Source: Octopus sinensis (Eukaryota). From it: a stretch of 64,000 nt of DNA. Numbering within the stretch: the first letter of the stretch is position 1; each line of letters begins with the position of its first letter. A model generated the notes under the pieces. It ran no database searches. It was not told where the DNA came from and saw only the letters and a program-made list of their open reading frames with translations. Shown here in pieces: positions 1-12,707 of this stretch. Where the stretch lies: contig NC_043003.1 in assembly GCF_006345805.1 (NCBI RefSeq), positions 104,594,001-104,658,000 of the forward strand. The letters run 5' to 3'. Both the position numbers and the translations under genes were made by a program.

Positions 1-890
1 TTTTCCCGTGCCAGTAAGGCAATGCTGGTAACGATCACGCTCGAATGGTGCTTTTTATGTGCCACCGGCACAGAAGCCAGTTGCTCTGGCAACAATCACG
101 CTTGTATGGTACTCTTAGTGCTTCACCAGCATGGATGTCAGTTATCGAATTTGATTTCGATTTCACTTGCCTCAACGGGTCTTTGCAAGCAGAGTTTAGT
201 GTCCAATGAAAGAAAGGTACGCATAAGTGGGCTGGTTACACCCCTGGCATAGGCCACAAGGTTATGGTCTCACTTGGCTTGCTGGGTCTTCTCAAGCACA
301 GCATATTTCCAGAGGTCCCGGTCACTAGTCATTGCCTCGGTGAGGCCTAATGTTCGAAGGTCATGCTTCACCACTTCATCCCAGGTCTTCCTGGGTCTAC
401 CTCTTCCACAGGTTCCCTCAACCACTGGGGTGTGGAACTTTTTCACACAGCTATCCTCATCCATTCTCACCACATGACCATACCAGCACAGTCGTCTCTC
501 TTGCACACCACATCTGATGCTTCTTAGGTCCAACATTTCTCTCAAGATACTTACACTCTGTCGAGTATGCACACTGACATTACATATCCATTGGATCATA
601 CTGGATTCATTCTTTGTGAGCTTACGCATGTCCTCAGCAGTCTCGGCCCATGTTTCACTGCCATGTAGCATGGCTGTTCGTACACTTGCGTCATACATTC
701 TACCTTTTACTCTGAACAAGTGGCCCTTTGTCACTAGCAGAGGTAAGAGCTCTCTGAACTTTGCCCAGACAATGAAAATTTTGGAAGGGAAAATATAAGT
801 AATGAGTGGAAATCGAACTGGTGTGTTAGATAATAAGGCATTAAAACAAGATGATTCTCCCCAGACGATATATATATATGCACACACACA
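1..890 (-). mobile_element. RTE-clade LINE, 3' part (ORF end plus 3' UTR)
   Basis: ORF 270-887 reads WAKFRELLPLL..LHGSETWA..RRLCWYGHV..GRGRPRKTW; the 3' UTR with hairpin units runs to the window edge. Confidence 0.9.
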
Positions 891-2439
891 CTTGGTGAAT
901 GAGTAATTAATATTTAGAAGGGCATCATCATCACCATTTTACATCCATTTCATCATACTTGCACCGGTTTGATGGCTTTTCCTTGCAACTGTCTCCACTT
1001 GTCATAATCATTCGGCATCTTTGTGAGATTCAATATCGGCAGATCATCTTTCACCACTCCTACCTTGTCCTTGACCCAAGTGTCTGCTACCATATGTCGT
1101 ACATGCTCGTACTTTCAAGTCTCTTCTCTTGTACACCATATCTGATTCTTTTTTAAACTCAGTTTTCTGCATTTTCTCTCGTTTGTGCCTTGTTGTTCAT
1201 GCACACTAATGTTACCGGAAGTTGTGTCTTCCCTTTATCTCCATCTTTTGCACAACTTTCAATGACTGTGTTTTGCCACAACATCCTACCTCATTATGTC
1301 ATATACTCTTCACTTTGAAAGAGAATCTGTTTCCAGTGGCAGCAACATAACATCTCCCTAAACTTCTCACTCTGTTCATTATGCTTTTGGCACACCCAAC
1401 TCAAAGAAGCTATCATCTACTTCTATGGAGACTTCCTAACAGCCCAAAGACCTTATTTCACCAGTGATCTCACTGTTTATTGCTCCTTGCATCTGCTACA
1501 TACTTAGTTTTCCTTCTCAATCAGCTTGCTTATAATTCCACTACGCCTTTGGAATTCCTACCTGCTCTTTTACTTCATATTGTAGCGTGTAGCCATTTTC
1601 AAATGGTAGTGCCAATTTGTGGTCGCTGGCAATATGACGTAATCTCGTATTGCCGAAGAAATATGATTGTCGTTTTTCCATTGGTTAATATAACTGCTCA
1701 TATAGAAATTCTAAGAATTAGTAAAGAATATTTGTATGGGATTTCGATTCTTTTAAGTCAAGTTGAGCAGTTAAAAAAACCCTGGATTTTAGGAAAAACT
1801 TTAGTGTTTGTTGGATGTAACTAAACTCCATGACACTCACTCCTTTGAGACATTGGTGATTTTTTTATGCCATGTCCATGAAAAATCCAACAAGACTTGT
1901 TTGAATTGTTGAGATTTATAATAGCTAGAATGAGGAATTAGATAGCTAAAATATCAAGTCGTAATTCTCTACGACAAAAATTACTTTTCTTCAAAATGTA
2001 TATAAATATTAAAAATGCTATATGTATATAATAAAATAATGTAGAAATTATTTTCTCTTTCTTTAACTTATTAATGAATGTATTTCTGTAATTATGAAAC
2101 TGTATTTTTTTATAGTGGTTAAAAGAACACAAAATTATATTTAACATACATGCACGATTAATGTCCATTAGCGTTCCAGAAAATATATTTCTCGCTATGG
2201 CTTTTTTGTAGCTGGAGTCAGGACTTACGTATAATGATAACACTTATAAATAAGTTATAAGTGATGGTTTTATCATTATATATCCCTACTTAAAAAGCTA
2301 AATATATTTATCCATTTCCAAATAGGAAACATAATAAAGTAGCGTTACTTTAACAGTAAAGAAACCAACCAGAAAATATTCGCTATATAATATAAGAAAA
2401 ACTTGGCAGTCCGCTATAATGTCAATCATGACTGTTTCT

Positions 2440-3440
2440 CTGATGGTAGTGTTCTGTCTTCTTTCCTGCTAATTAAAATTTTTGACCTTTCCAGATTTTC
2501 TTTGAGGTTCCTCAGTTCTTGTTCTTGCTTCAGTAGACAGAAGTTCCGATTGGCAGCCACTTTTAAACTCCTCTCTTAAGTCCTGGAGAACTATGAGAAA
2601 TAACAGGGGTACAAAGTCTCACCAGCAATCTAAATTCCTCATTGAATTTATTTCCAACCGTTTCCTTGCTGACAATACCTCCTCTGTACATGGTTCTCAC
2701 AAGCCATTTATCTATATCTAGTTTACTTAGTGGCCCCCAGACTACAGTCCCTATTACCCCCTCAAGGATCTTCTCCAGATTGATATATGCTAAGAATAAT
2801 TGTTTACATATTGCTAAAATCTTGTTGCATAGTTGTCTTACTAGGAAGAGAGTATCAGTGTTACTCCATCCTGTTACAAATCTGAACTCAACTGAGCCTA
2901 TTTAAGCTAATTCTCTTCCTAATCAGTTGTACTAAAACTCATTCTCTTAGTTTCATAACTTGGTCTGTTATAATAGCTCTGTAGTTACTTCTAACATCTC
3001 TGTCCTTGTAGCAACTGAAAATGATACTGCCACGCCAGTCACTGAGTGTGGCACATCCCTGTATAACCTTGTCGACTATCTTGAGTGCCATTTCACCAGA
3101 TATTTTCAGTGTCTCACCAACAACTGTCCATGACACTCCAGTTGTTTTCCATACTTTCTTGTCCTTAATTACACTTTCAGTCAAAGCGCTTTCAAATCCA
3201 GAGACTATCCTTCTTTTGAGTCTACATGGGGAAGTGTTTCTGTCTTCCACACATTCATTATGTTCAGGAACTTTGGTGGACGCGTCTGAAAGGATTGGAG
3301 ACAAACACTTTCCTCTCTGGTCAATCTCTCATCAACTTTTTCAAGTATTACTTGAAAAGGAAAGTGAGAGTAGAGAGGCAAGTTTTGTCTAGCGAATGTT
3401 TCAAAAAAAGATGGGTGAATGTAGCAAGGATGGCACGTAT
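2440..3440 (-). mobile_element. Degraded RTE RT fragment
   Basis: Frameshifted matches DWRGSIIFSCYK..NYRAII..DQVMK and LQDLREEFKSGC..KILISRK to the RTE RT. Confidence 0.7.
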
Positions 3441-6400
3441 GAATGATGAAGCCACCTTGAGCATAATCCTATGAACCCAGAAAATTTAAAACAGAGAGTT
3501 ACCTACTTGCAAACAAATGACTGAAGTTACCATGGTCTTTTCCGTCGGCTTTTCTTCCCATGGATAAACCTTATCTGCTTCCCCCTTTACACCATGACAC
3601 TGTGATACATGATCCCTTTTGATCGTTTTTTTTTTCCTTTCTTTTTTCTTCTTTCCCTTTTGATCGAAAACCTAACCCACCTTTTTTTTTCTCCCCCCCC
3701 CCAAAGAAAAGCTCTACTTTGTAATCTGTCCCGTCTGTGTGGCTAATAAAGAAACATATCTACCTACCTATCTATCTACCTATCTGTCTATCTATCCATC
3801 TATCTGTCTGTCTATCTATCTATCTGTCTATATTTATATATCTATCCATCCAGCTATCTATCTATCCATTCATTCATCCATAACATAAATCAACAAACAA
3901 ATAAAAAGGGGACATTGTAAGTAGTATATTCCTGTTTTGTCTTCAGTGTCTACACAGACACATAGAGACAATAGTGTTTATGAAATTCTACTGCTATATT
4001 AAGTGACTTGCCTTGCATGATTCTCTTCCTCTCAGCATTAATGGAAGGACAAAACGGTAAGTAATGGCCATGGTCATTTCATGTTTGATGCATAAGCTCA
4101 ATGTTCTTTTCTTTCTCTCTTTACCTTATTTTTTACCATTCTTCCTATATTGTACCAATGATTCGTTAACCTTTCCCTGCTTGCTTCCATGTTTGTTTCA
4201 CCTCCAGTCACTCCCAATTCAGTAGTCCACACCCTCCAGTACCTGCTTAACCTAGTTTTTAATGTTTAATTTGTCAATGTAAATGATTTATTTTACTTTT
4301 TTTTGTGAAAATCTACTTAACTGAGATCGATTGTTGCTGTTTCATCTCGTCTATAATTATTATAGCATCAATTACTGCTTAAGATTGATGATATCTGCTA
4401 TGTCTCCCTTGACACCCTATGAAATAGGCCTTGAGTCTGATCAAAAGAACTTGTTTATTGTAATTGTTGCTCCTCCTAACACTGAGTCACACCAAAGTTA
4501 TAAAGTTCATAGAAATGGGAATGGCTGTATACACGGAGGAAGAGCATTTCCATAAAAAGACTTTTCAATTTTGGAAATGCTTTGTAAGATCTTAACCATA
4601 TTTTTCTCTTTGTCTAAGTTTACTTACCACAGAAATTCTATTGGTTTAATAAAATGTTCCAACATTTGTGATCATAATGAGAGGTTCACTGACCACAATT
4701 GTGACATCTTGTCTTTAACCCGTTAATTCAAGTTCTGTAATGTTAAATGTTTTCAAAGGTTGGATAATACTTCCTCTGGACATACAGAAGTGAATATGAA
4801 TGAAGAATAAGGCAGGCATGGCTGTGAGATTAAGAATTCTACTTCCCAAACTTGTGATCTTGGGTTCAGTTTCTGTGTGCAGCACCTTGGGAAAGTGCTG
4901 CCCTCTGTAGCCTCAAGCTAAACAACACTTTGTGAGTGAATCTGGTTGAGAGAAACTGAAAGAAGCCAGTCATGTGTGTGCATGTACCCTGCCTTACCTG
5001 GGTAGTCTGGGTTGGTTGTAAATGAGCATCACTGTCATGCAAGTGGTGTTGTTTATTTCCAGTCTCCTGTGAGAAACATGTTTGGCCATGGGGCAATATT
5101 ACTTTGCTTGGAAATTGGTAAGAGTTGGTTAGAGGAAGGACATCCAATTGTAGAAAATTTGCTTCAACAAATACCATCTGACTCGTGCAAGTATGGAAAA
5201 GGGAATATTAAAATGATGATGAACCCAGTACTGCCTACCTGCAGTCTGCAGTGCTCTTACAGCTTGTAACAGCAAGGATAAGCTGTGATTAGTTTGAATA
5301 GTGGTTTTCTCACAAGATGGTGTCTTGTTTCTTTTCATTTGAAGGAAGCTATCCAGACCAATAAGCTGACATTTTTATTCTTTTTAATTCTTCTACAAAC
5401 TGTCACTCACTGATGTGACCAATACTTCCAGGAAAAGTATAAACGTAATGGCTTCACATTTTTCTTCCTATGTATATCTAAGAAATCAATTTAAAACATC
5501 CCAAACCACTGCTCCTTATATTGGGCAGTTGAATGGTGAATGGTCAGCAGTTTATGTTTTTATGGACTGGGTTCCAATTTAAGATGGAATCAGATTTTCC
5601 TTTGATTCTTCCAGAATCAAGAAAATAAATAGATTGATGGGCAAATTGACCCTACTGTTCCCACCAAAGTTGTACAAGCTGGTAGAATTTTTTGTGCATT
5701 TGACAAAATGTCTAGTGGCATTTCTTCTGGTTTTACATTCTGAGTTCAAATTCTGCAATGGTAAGCTTTGTCTTTCATCCTTTTGGGATTGATAAAATAA
5801 GTACCAACTGAGCTTTAGGGTCATGTAATTGAGTAGCTAACCTCCCCCCCCCCAAAGATTTTAGGCCTTGTGCCTATAGTAGAAAGAATTATTGTCATTT
5901 AGGTAGCTGTCTGGCAGAATCATTAGTGTACTGGACAATGCATTCCTTCTGGATTATCACATTTTGAGTTCAGTTTCTGTCCTCATCAACTCTGCTTTTC
6001 ATCCTTTCAGAGTCAATAAAATTAAGTACCAGTCAAGTATTTGGGCTGATGTAATCAAGTGGCCCCTTCCCCTTATACCAATATAAAATTTTTTATTATT
6101 GGTTTCTAAGTTCAAATCCTTTGGTCAACTTTGTCTCTCTTTGGTCAGTAAACCAGATGGAGCAGTAATGTCTAGTTGATTCCTCTACAAATATATCATC
6201 ATGATTGTTTTAGACACCAGATTATGACTTAGTACATAGAATACAAGGCTAGGCACTTTGCTTGCCGTACCTTTGGGGGTCATTATATTCTCTTTCTACG
6301 AAAGGTTTTTTGAGCCTTGGTTAAAATATAAAAACTTTTAAAGATTTATGATTCAATCAGCATGTTTTGTTGTTGTTGCTGTTGTTTTTTGTTGTCATTG

Positions 6401-6879
6401 ATGTTGTTGTTAAGGTATTTGGCTGGTAGAATTGTTAGTATTGGACACAATGATGGCTTGTGGTGAAAGGCAAAGACATTTCAACTCATAGCAGTTCAGT
6501 TACATTGTTTTGGTAACATGTCTTTTTGTAAGTGATCAAAGGCATGCAAACCATGACCTTCCTACCAGAAACAGTGTTACCCAGGAACTTAATTATCTTA
6601 TGTGTCCTTGAAAACTGGTTGGGTGTAATCTGAGCAAGATTTACCTGCTACTTGTGACTACAAAAGGACCCTTTGAAGTAGATATAGCAAATGGTACAAC
6701 TTCTTTCTGGAAGTAGCAGGAACACTATGTAAATGAGGATTGTTTTAGTAGTTGATGGTACTGAATCCAAATCCTCTTGAGTTTAATCTTGTGATGGGAA
6801 GGTTCACTTACCCTAGATATACCAACATGTCTTTCAAGTGTTTATGTGTGTTGCTGTTGTTGAGATATATCCCCTACAA

Positions 6880-7000
6880 GCAACACACCACATCACAAGC
6901 AGCTTCGGTGGCCTTAACACCTCGATTAAATCCAAAAAGCAAATGGTGTCGGAAATGCTCAGTTTTGTCCACTTGACATTTCATTTTAATGATCTGAAAA
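6880..7000 (-). mobile_element. Mariner transposase N-terminal remnant
   Basis: The minus strand reads MKCQVDKTEHFRHHLLFGFNRGVKATEAA, a mariner HTH start. Confidence 0.7.
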
Positions 7001-7145
7001 TAGACAAAAATCAATAAAATTTACAACTCAAAATACACTAGCTTGTAGAGCAAAGAATTCTCTTTTGAATAACAAAAAACATTTTGCCAGTGTGTTTTAT
7101 TTCTGTGCATTTTTAAATTTGAATAAAATGGTCATGAATTATTCC

Positions 7146-7610
7146 TCAACCCAATACGTGCTTGCTTGCTGCTGCTTCATGCTCTTGCTTGATGGGGCTG
7201 GGGTCATCCCAGGTTAGTGGTCCCAGAGATGTCATCATGTGTAGAGCCAACCAGGTCCACCAGTGCTTTCCATCACTGGCAGTCTCATGCCGGCCATCTG
7301 GTGTGGGGCTTGCCATGATGCCTCTTTCAGCCAGCAGCTGCTGCTGCAACAGGTGGCTATGAGGGGGGAGACCGCAGGCTGTTGCATGCAGTTCTTTGTT
7401 GGAAACCTGATGGCACCATCTAATGTTGTTGATGGTTCTCAGGGTTCTACTATCAAATCTGTCAATACCCTTTGCCAGGGTCTTCAAGAGGGGCCATATT
7501 TGTGCTCTATAGAGGCGAATGGAGAGGACCGATGCATTGCAAATGTGGAGCTTCATCTTCCAGGAGAGGGAGCTGTGGCACCAGGGGCGTTCATAGGGAG
7601 TACATGACCC
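7146..7610 (-). mobile_element. RTE-like LINE (second family), 3' remnant
   Basis: LSWKMKLHICNASVLSIRLYRAQIWPL..FDSRTLRTINNIRW..VSNKEL is the RTE post-RT motif. Confidence 0.7.
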
Positions 7611-8155
7611 TGGTGGCCAGACCACATCTGTGGTTCATCTCCATTGCTGGTGATTGTAGGACCCAAGTAGATGTATGTATGTATCTTTGTGTCTCTTTGC
7701 TTGACAACTGGTGTTGGTTTGATTGCGTCCCTTGTAACTTAACAGTTTGGCAAAAAGTAACTGATGAAATAAGTAATAGGACTGATCCAGTTGACTAAGC
7801 TTCCTCCAGATGATGCCCCAGGATGGCTGCAATCCAATGACTAAATCAAGTAAAGGAGTAAAATGTGTGTGTGTGTACAAGGGAACTAATTTATGTGTTT
7901 GTGTTAATTATTCTATAATGTTTACATTCTGCAAACGTTCAAATAATTATCGTTTAATGGTCAACTGATTCAACTATACCATCTCTTTTGGCTATTTTAT
8001 ACTACTTTTTAGTCCTTGATTATCAAATTAAAACAAATTAAATGTCTTTAATAAGTGTTCATAAATATTTTTATACCCATAAAATCTTTGTCCTGTTTTA
8101 TTTATTGTTTCCTTTTTGTTTATGTGTTGTATTGTTTTTCCTTCCCCTTTTACAG

Positions 8156-8294
8156 TCTGCCCAGCAAAGACTTGTTACCTGCATGTATTATGCAGATGAT
8201 CATGGGAACTGGACCGTTTGTGAAGTACAGTACCAACAATAAGATCTCCCGACTTGGTAAGGCGGCTGGATCAGCCACTACAGCTCCTTTTGGT
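8156..8294 (+). CDS. UQCRC2: UQCRC2 internal exon (first of 5 visible; join 8156-8294, 9001-9081, 11159-11235, 11707-11860, 12451-12540)
   Basis: Acceptor cccttttacAG and donor GTaagt; phase 2 start, phase 0 end. Encodes LPSKDLLPACIMQMIMGTGPFVKYSTNNKISRLGKAAGSATTAPFG, matching the core-2 region (human ..FSVLQHVLGAGPHVKRGSN..ATQQPFD). Confidence 0.93.
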
Positions 8295-9000
8295 GTAAGT
8301 ACCATTTAGAATCATCATCACCATAAGAAAGAGAGTGTGCCAATATAAATATTTATGGTATTTAGTCTCAACTGTTTATGCTCTGAGTTTAAATTTGTGG
8401 CCTGCAACTAAAATCCCAAATCATAATTATTACATCTGTTTTTGCATTCTGAGGGCAAATCCTACTCTGCTTCATTTTACCTTTCATTATTCTAATTGTC
8501 AATAAACTGTGTCTAGCATTGGGATCAATACATTAAACTGCTTCCTCCACTGTAAATTCCTGGTTGTAGATTGGTGATAACAGTAGAATACTAGACTGCA
8601 TAGTAAATAGATATTTGGTTACATTATTACATCACTTTGTGCTGAATTCAGTTTGGCCTTTCATCTTTCTGTTATTGAGTTGGTTTAATCACACACACAC
8701 ACATGCTTTATGAGAGTCCCTTTTAAAAAAACAGCATTTAACCACTGTTTTTTTAATTTTATGTATACATTTATATTTAGAGTTGGCCTTACAAAGAATT
8801 CTTTCATTGTCCATCAGAAAATATTCCATGCAGAAAGTAGTATTTAATATTTATTAAACAGAAAATACATCTGTGATTTCAGACTTTTACCAGATTATCA
8901 AATAGTTATCAAGCTTCAAAGCCACAGTCATATTTTCTGTTATGCGTACACACACACACGTTCTTTAAATATTTTTCTCTCCCTCTCTTATATTTTCCAG

Positions 9001-9081
9001 ATCTCATGTATCAGCGGTGCCTACTCTGATGGAGGTATATTTGGTTTTGCTGCAACTGCAGACAAATCAGATATCGGAAAG
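9001..9081 (+). CDS. UQCRC2: UQCRC2 exon
   Basis: Acceptor tattttccAG, donor GTcagt, 81 nt, phase 0/0. Encodes ISCISGAYSDGGIFGFAATADKSDIGK (cf. ASYSDSGLFGIY). Confidence 0.93.
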
Positions 9082-9372
9082 GTCAGTTTACATTTGAAGT
9101 CAACAGTTCCAGCTTGTTAGTTGGCTTTCTATTTCCCTTCTCTCCTTTCCTCAATGAAGATTGCATACTAAGAGACTTTGATATTAAGTTTCAGAGCTCT
9201 CAAAATTGGTTTTGTTGTTCAAATTCTTCACTTCCTGTCATTTTATGATTTTGTACATATTTGATATTCAGCTATATAAATAGGTCAGAGTCTAACCCAT
9301 GGCAGCATGGATATTAAATGATGATGATGATGATGATGATATATATACATATAATAATAATAATAATAATAT

Positions 9373-9590
9373 TAGGGAGTATAACTCCAAACTTACAGGG
9401 AAAAATTTAATTTAGTATTAAATCAAATTTCACACTATATAAATATAAAATATGAATTAGAGATAAATAAAAATATATATATTATATTAATTATATATAT
9501 TATTTGTTATTTATGTATTGGTTTATGTCTATCACTATTTGAGTTGCTTAATAGTGGTTTTATCTCTAATTCTTATTTTATATATATTAA
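9373..9590 (+). mobile_element. Internally deleted copy of the AT-rich fold-back element
   Basis: Same start (tagggagtataactccaaacttac) as 13237, followed by a short left arm and an ~85-bp right arm that is inverted relative to the left. Confidence 0.75.
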
Positions 9591-11158
9591 TATTTTATTT
9601 GGTCTTTGCCTGTTGTAGAGCTGAATATACATATGCTTCTGTATGAAGTGTTAGTCAGGTACAGAGTGGTAGTAAGCAATTGAGATGGCAAAGGAATAAA
9701 TAATCATCCTATGATCCTCAGGCACTTAACTATGAGTCCATTGTATCTTAGAGCAGAAACAGCTGTAGACAAATAAAGTTCATAAGATAATTGTTTATTC
9801 CTTCCTCACTCACACTTCCTCTATTTCCACCAATCTTTCTATACCTTCTGCCATACTTCATTTTTAACACCTCTATCTTCTATCATTCTCAATACCCTTT
9901 CATATCTAACATCACACCCCACTTACTATAACTCTACTACCCACTACTCTTATATCTTGCACATCATTCTGCTACTTTCTGATCTTTTCTCTTTCCTGAG
10001 CGACTCCTATATCTCTCTCCTTACCCCTAACTGGACCTCCACCCTTGTTCATTATTGCTCCGTTTACCGCCAACACTAACCATCTATTACTATCCCCTCA
10101 CACTTTTATGAAACTTTCCCCACTCCACATCCGCTAATCCACCATCTGCATCTTCTCTTATACCCACCATCTCTATCTTCTTTCTAAATACTCCCACCCA
10201 CTCTTATATAATGCAGGGTATTCTTGTATCTCCTCTTGACCAGAACACCTGGGCTTGTCTTCTGTCATTCTTTATTGCCTTACCATTTCCAAGTAGTAAT
10301 ATTTCCCCATGGCTAGTACAACAATGACACTCGCTTACAACAATCATGCAACACTCCCACACATATGTATATTCAACAGGCTTCTTTCAGTTTCCATTTA
10401 CCAAATCCACTCACATGGCTTTCATTGGTCTGGGGCTATAATAAGCACCTGCCCAAGGTGCCACTCAGCAGAACTGAAGCCACAACCAAGCTTCTTACCA
10501 ATCTAATCTCAGTTAATTTTTGCTGTATTTCTAAATACTAGATATATAAACATTGTAAGGTGAACGTTTTACGTCTAATGAATTAACAGTAATATTATAC
10601 TAGTGTATTTTAGTGCGATATGAGATAGCAGGATGGTGGATGACACATTTGGTAGAAAATCAGACAAAAAGATTTATAGCATTTAGTTAGATCTTGAGTT
10701 TTAATTCCAACTGGTTTTGAGTTCTCTTTCAGCCAGTCAGGGTCAATAAGGAGTTAAATCAGTCAATAATACCTTTACTTTTGTATGCTGATGTAGTTTA
10801 AAATTCAAATGTACAGTTTGTGTGTTTGACATCAATCCAACAAGGGAACATGTTTTTATATGTATCTAAATATTCTCCATCAAACTGACTGGTAACAATG
10901 CTTATTTGTATAAAATATTGTTCTGACAGGGAACATGCAGTGTTTGTGTAATGTATTGCTCCACATGAAAGCAACAGGGAATGTATCTGTGTAATATATT
11001 GTCTTGCACCAAACTGACAATGACCAGTGATCGTGTAACATTAAACCAACAGAGTGTGTTGTTTATAATATATCACTCTAATTTAAAGCGACAGGAAACA
11101 TTTTAATTTCTTTTGTTTCCACAGACTACTTTCATGTTTTTTTTCCTTCAATTCTAAG

Positions 11159-11235
11159 GTTCTGAAAGCTGCCTTTGGGGAGTTTGCTAGTATCACCAAA
11201 TCTGGATTTAGTGAAGAGGAGATCTCCCGGGCTAA
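11159..11235 (+). CDS. UQCRC2: UQCRC2 exon
   Basis: Acceptor ttctaAG, donor GTaaag, phase 0/2. Encodes VLKAAFGEFASITKSGFSEEEISRAK (cf. [26 protein letters not shown]). Confidence 0.9.
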
Positions 11236-11270
11236 GTAAAGACATTTTTTTACCTTTTTATATTATAACC

Positions 11271-11356
11271 GTATGACTATTTTACGATCTATATACCACA
11301 GTGGCTAACTAATATCTTAAAATTTACGTACGTTTAATAATTATATACTAATAATT
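11271..11356 (+). repeat. Internal (loop) fragment of the same AT-rich element
   Basis: Near-identical to 13848-13929 (3 substitutions and 1 indel by eye). Confidence 0.8.
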
Positions 11357-11706
11357 ATATTATGGTTTAACTAACTTTAACCTGATTTGGCATTGCAGCT
11401 GTTTGCTCTGTCATACAATGTTTGGTTGTGTAAGTGAGGTAGTCAAGATATTTAGAATCTTCCTGGATGTCCCACTGTTTTAATATGGTTGTGTTAAGGA
11501 TGCAATCCTGGGATGTAGCTTCAAAAGAAAATCTGTTGTATTCTGGCTGCTACATTGAGCGGGTCACGTAAGAAGTGTCATGCAGTGGTTGAGTATTTAG
11601 TTGATTTGTTGCTGAGACTAGCAAGGTAGAGTGAAAGAAGGTAGAATGTTAGTTTTGCCTACAAGAGAACTTTATAACATTGGTTGAATGTTTACTTTCT
11701 ATACAG

Positions 11707-11860
11707 GAACCAGCTGAAGGCAGCTGTGTTGATGAATGCTGAAGACAGCAACCTTGTTCTGAAAGAGATGGCTGAGCAGTTACTGATTGCTGGAGGACTG
11801 GCTGACATCACAGACATCTTGGCACAAATTGATGCTATCACCATTAGTGATGTCAACACG
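11707..11860 (+). CDS. UQCRC2: UQCRC2 exon
   Basis: Acceptor ctatacAG, donor GTcagt, phase 2/0. Encodes NQLKAAVLMNAEDSNLVLKEMAEQLLIAGGLADITDILAQIDAITISDVNT (cf. NKLKAGYLMSVES..IDSVANADII). Confidence 0.93.
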
Positions 11861-12450
11861 GTCAGTGGTTCTCTTTTTATTTATTTTTGTCTCTCAGAAG
11901 CAAGAACTGTTTATTGAATTTGATCCTTATACTTTTCTAACCTCAAAAACTCGCCCTAACTACCATTTTAAGTTGGTTGCTTATAATCCTGGTGGCAAAA
12001 ACATTAAACATGTCTTTTATGTTACTTCAAAAGTTTTCCATAGATAATACTTTATCCTCTTAAATAACTCAATGGTTTATATCGCAACAACAACACTAAT
12101 CTAAACCAGCAAACATTGTAGTTACAAGAGAGGGCTTCAATGAGCCAATAAGAAAAAAGGGGCTAAAACTACTAAAGGGTACCCTGTAACACTATATTCT
12201 GGCATATGTAATTAAACTGAGAGGAAAGGAACTTATCAAAGAATCTTCCCTGTAAATAACATGAAGATAAATGTATTAAGAGATGTTAAAATGATTAGTT
12301 GATTGGATAATATAGCAATGCTAAGGCCTCAGAGTGAGTCAATGACTAAGTTTTGATTTTTCACTCTGGTTGCTAATACCTTTGGGAAGTGTATGAAAAT
12401 TAAAACTATTTTGCTCCTCATTCATGTTCACATTTTGTTTCTATCTCCAG

Positions 12451-12540
12451 GTTTCAAAGAAGATCATTAATGGCAAACCTTCGATGGCTGCTGTTGGCAA
12501 CCTCTCACAAACTCCTTACTTGGATGAACTCTACAAATAA
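12451..12540 (+). CDS. UQCRC2: UQCRC2 terminal coding exon
   Basis: Acceptor ctatctccAG. Encodes VSKKIINGKPSMAAVGNLSQTPYLDELYK* (cf. [26 protein letters not shown]). Confidence 0.95.
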   Translation, partial: VSKKIINGKPSMAAVGNLSQTPYLDELYK

Positions 12541-12565
12541 CTATCGTCCATCTTAGTCCTGTAAA

Positions 12566-12707
12566 AATAAAAATCCCTGTTAGAAGTCACCACTAAAGAT
12601 TACTGCAATTATGTTTGGCCAACACATTTCAAGAGATGCCAGTTATTAGTTGTCGCTATCTAATTTACTCTGGTTATTGACTCTGCAGTCTAAAACTGGA
12701 AAATAAA
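12566..12707 (+). terminator. UQCRC2 candidate poly(A) signals
   Basis: AATAAA at 12566-12571 and 12702-12707; the second is followed by a GT-rich tract at about 12721. Confidence 0.55.

Noticed and set aside
2490-2590. Exon-like minus-strand segment with a good acceptor
   Set aside because: It translates as frameshifted RTE RT (LQDLREEFKSGC.. / KILISRK).
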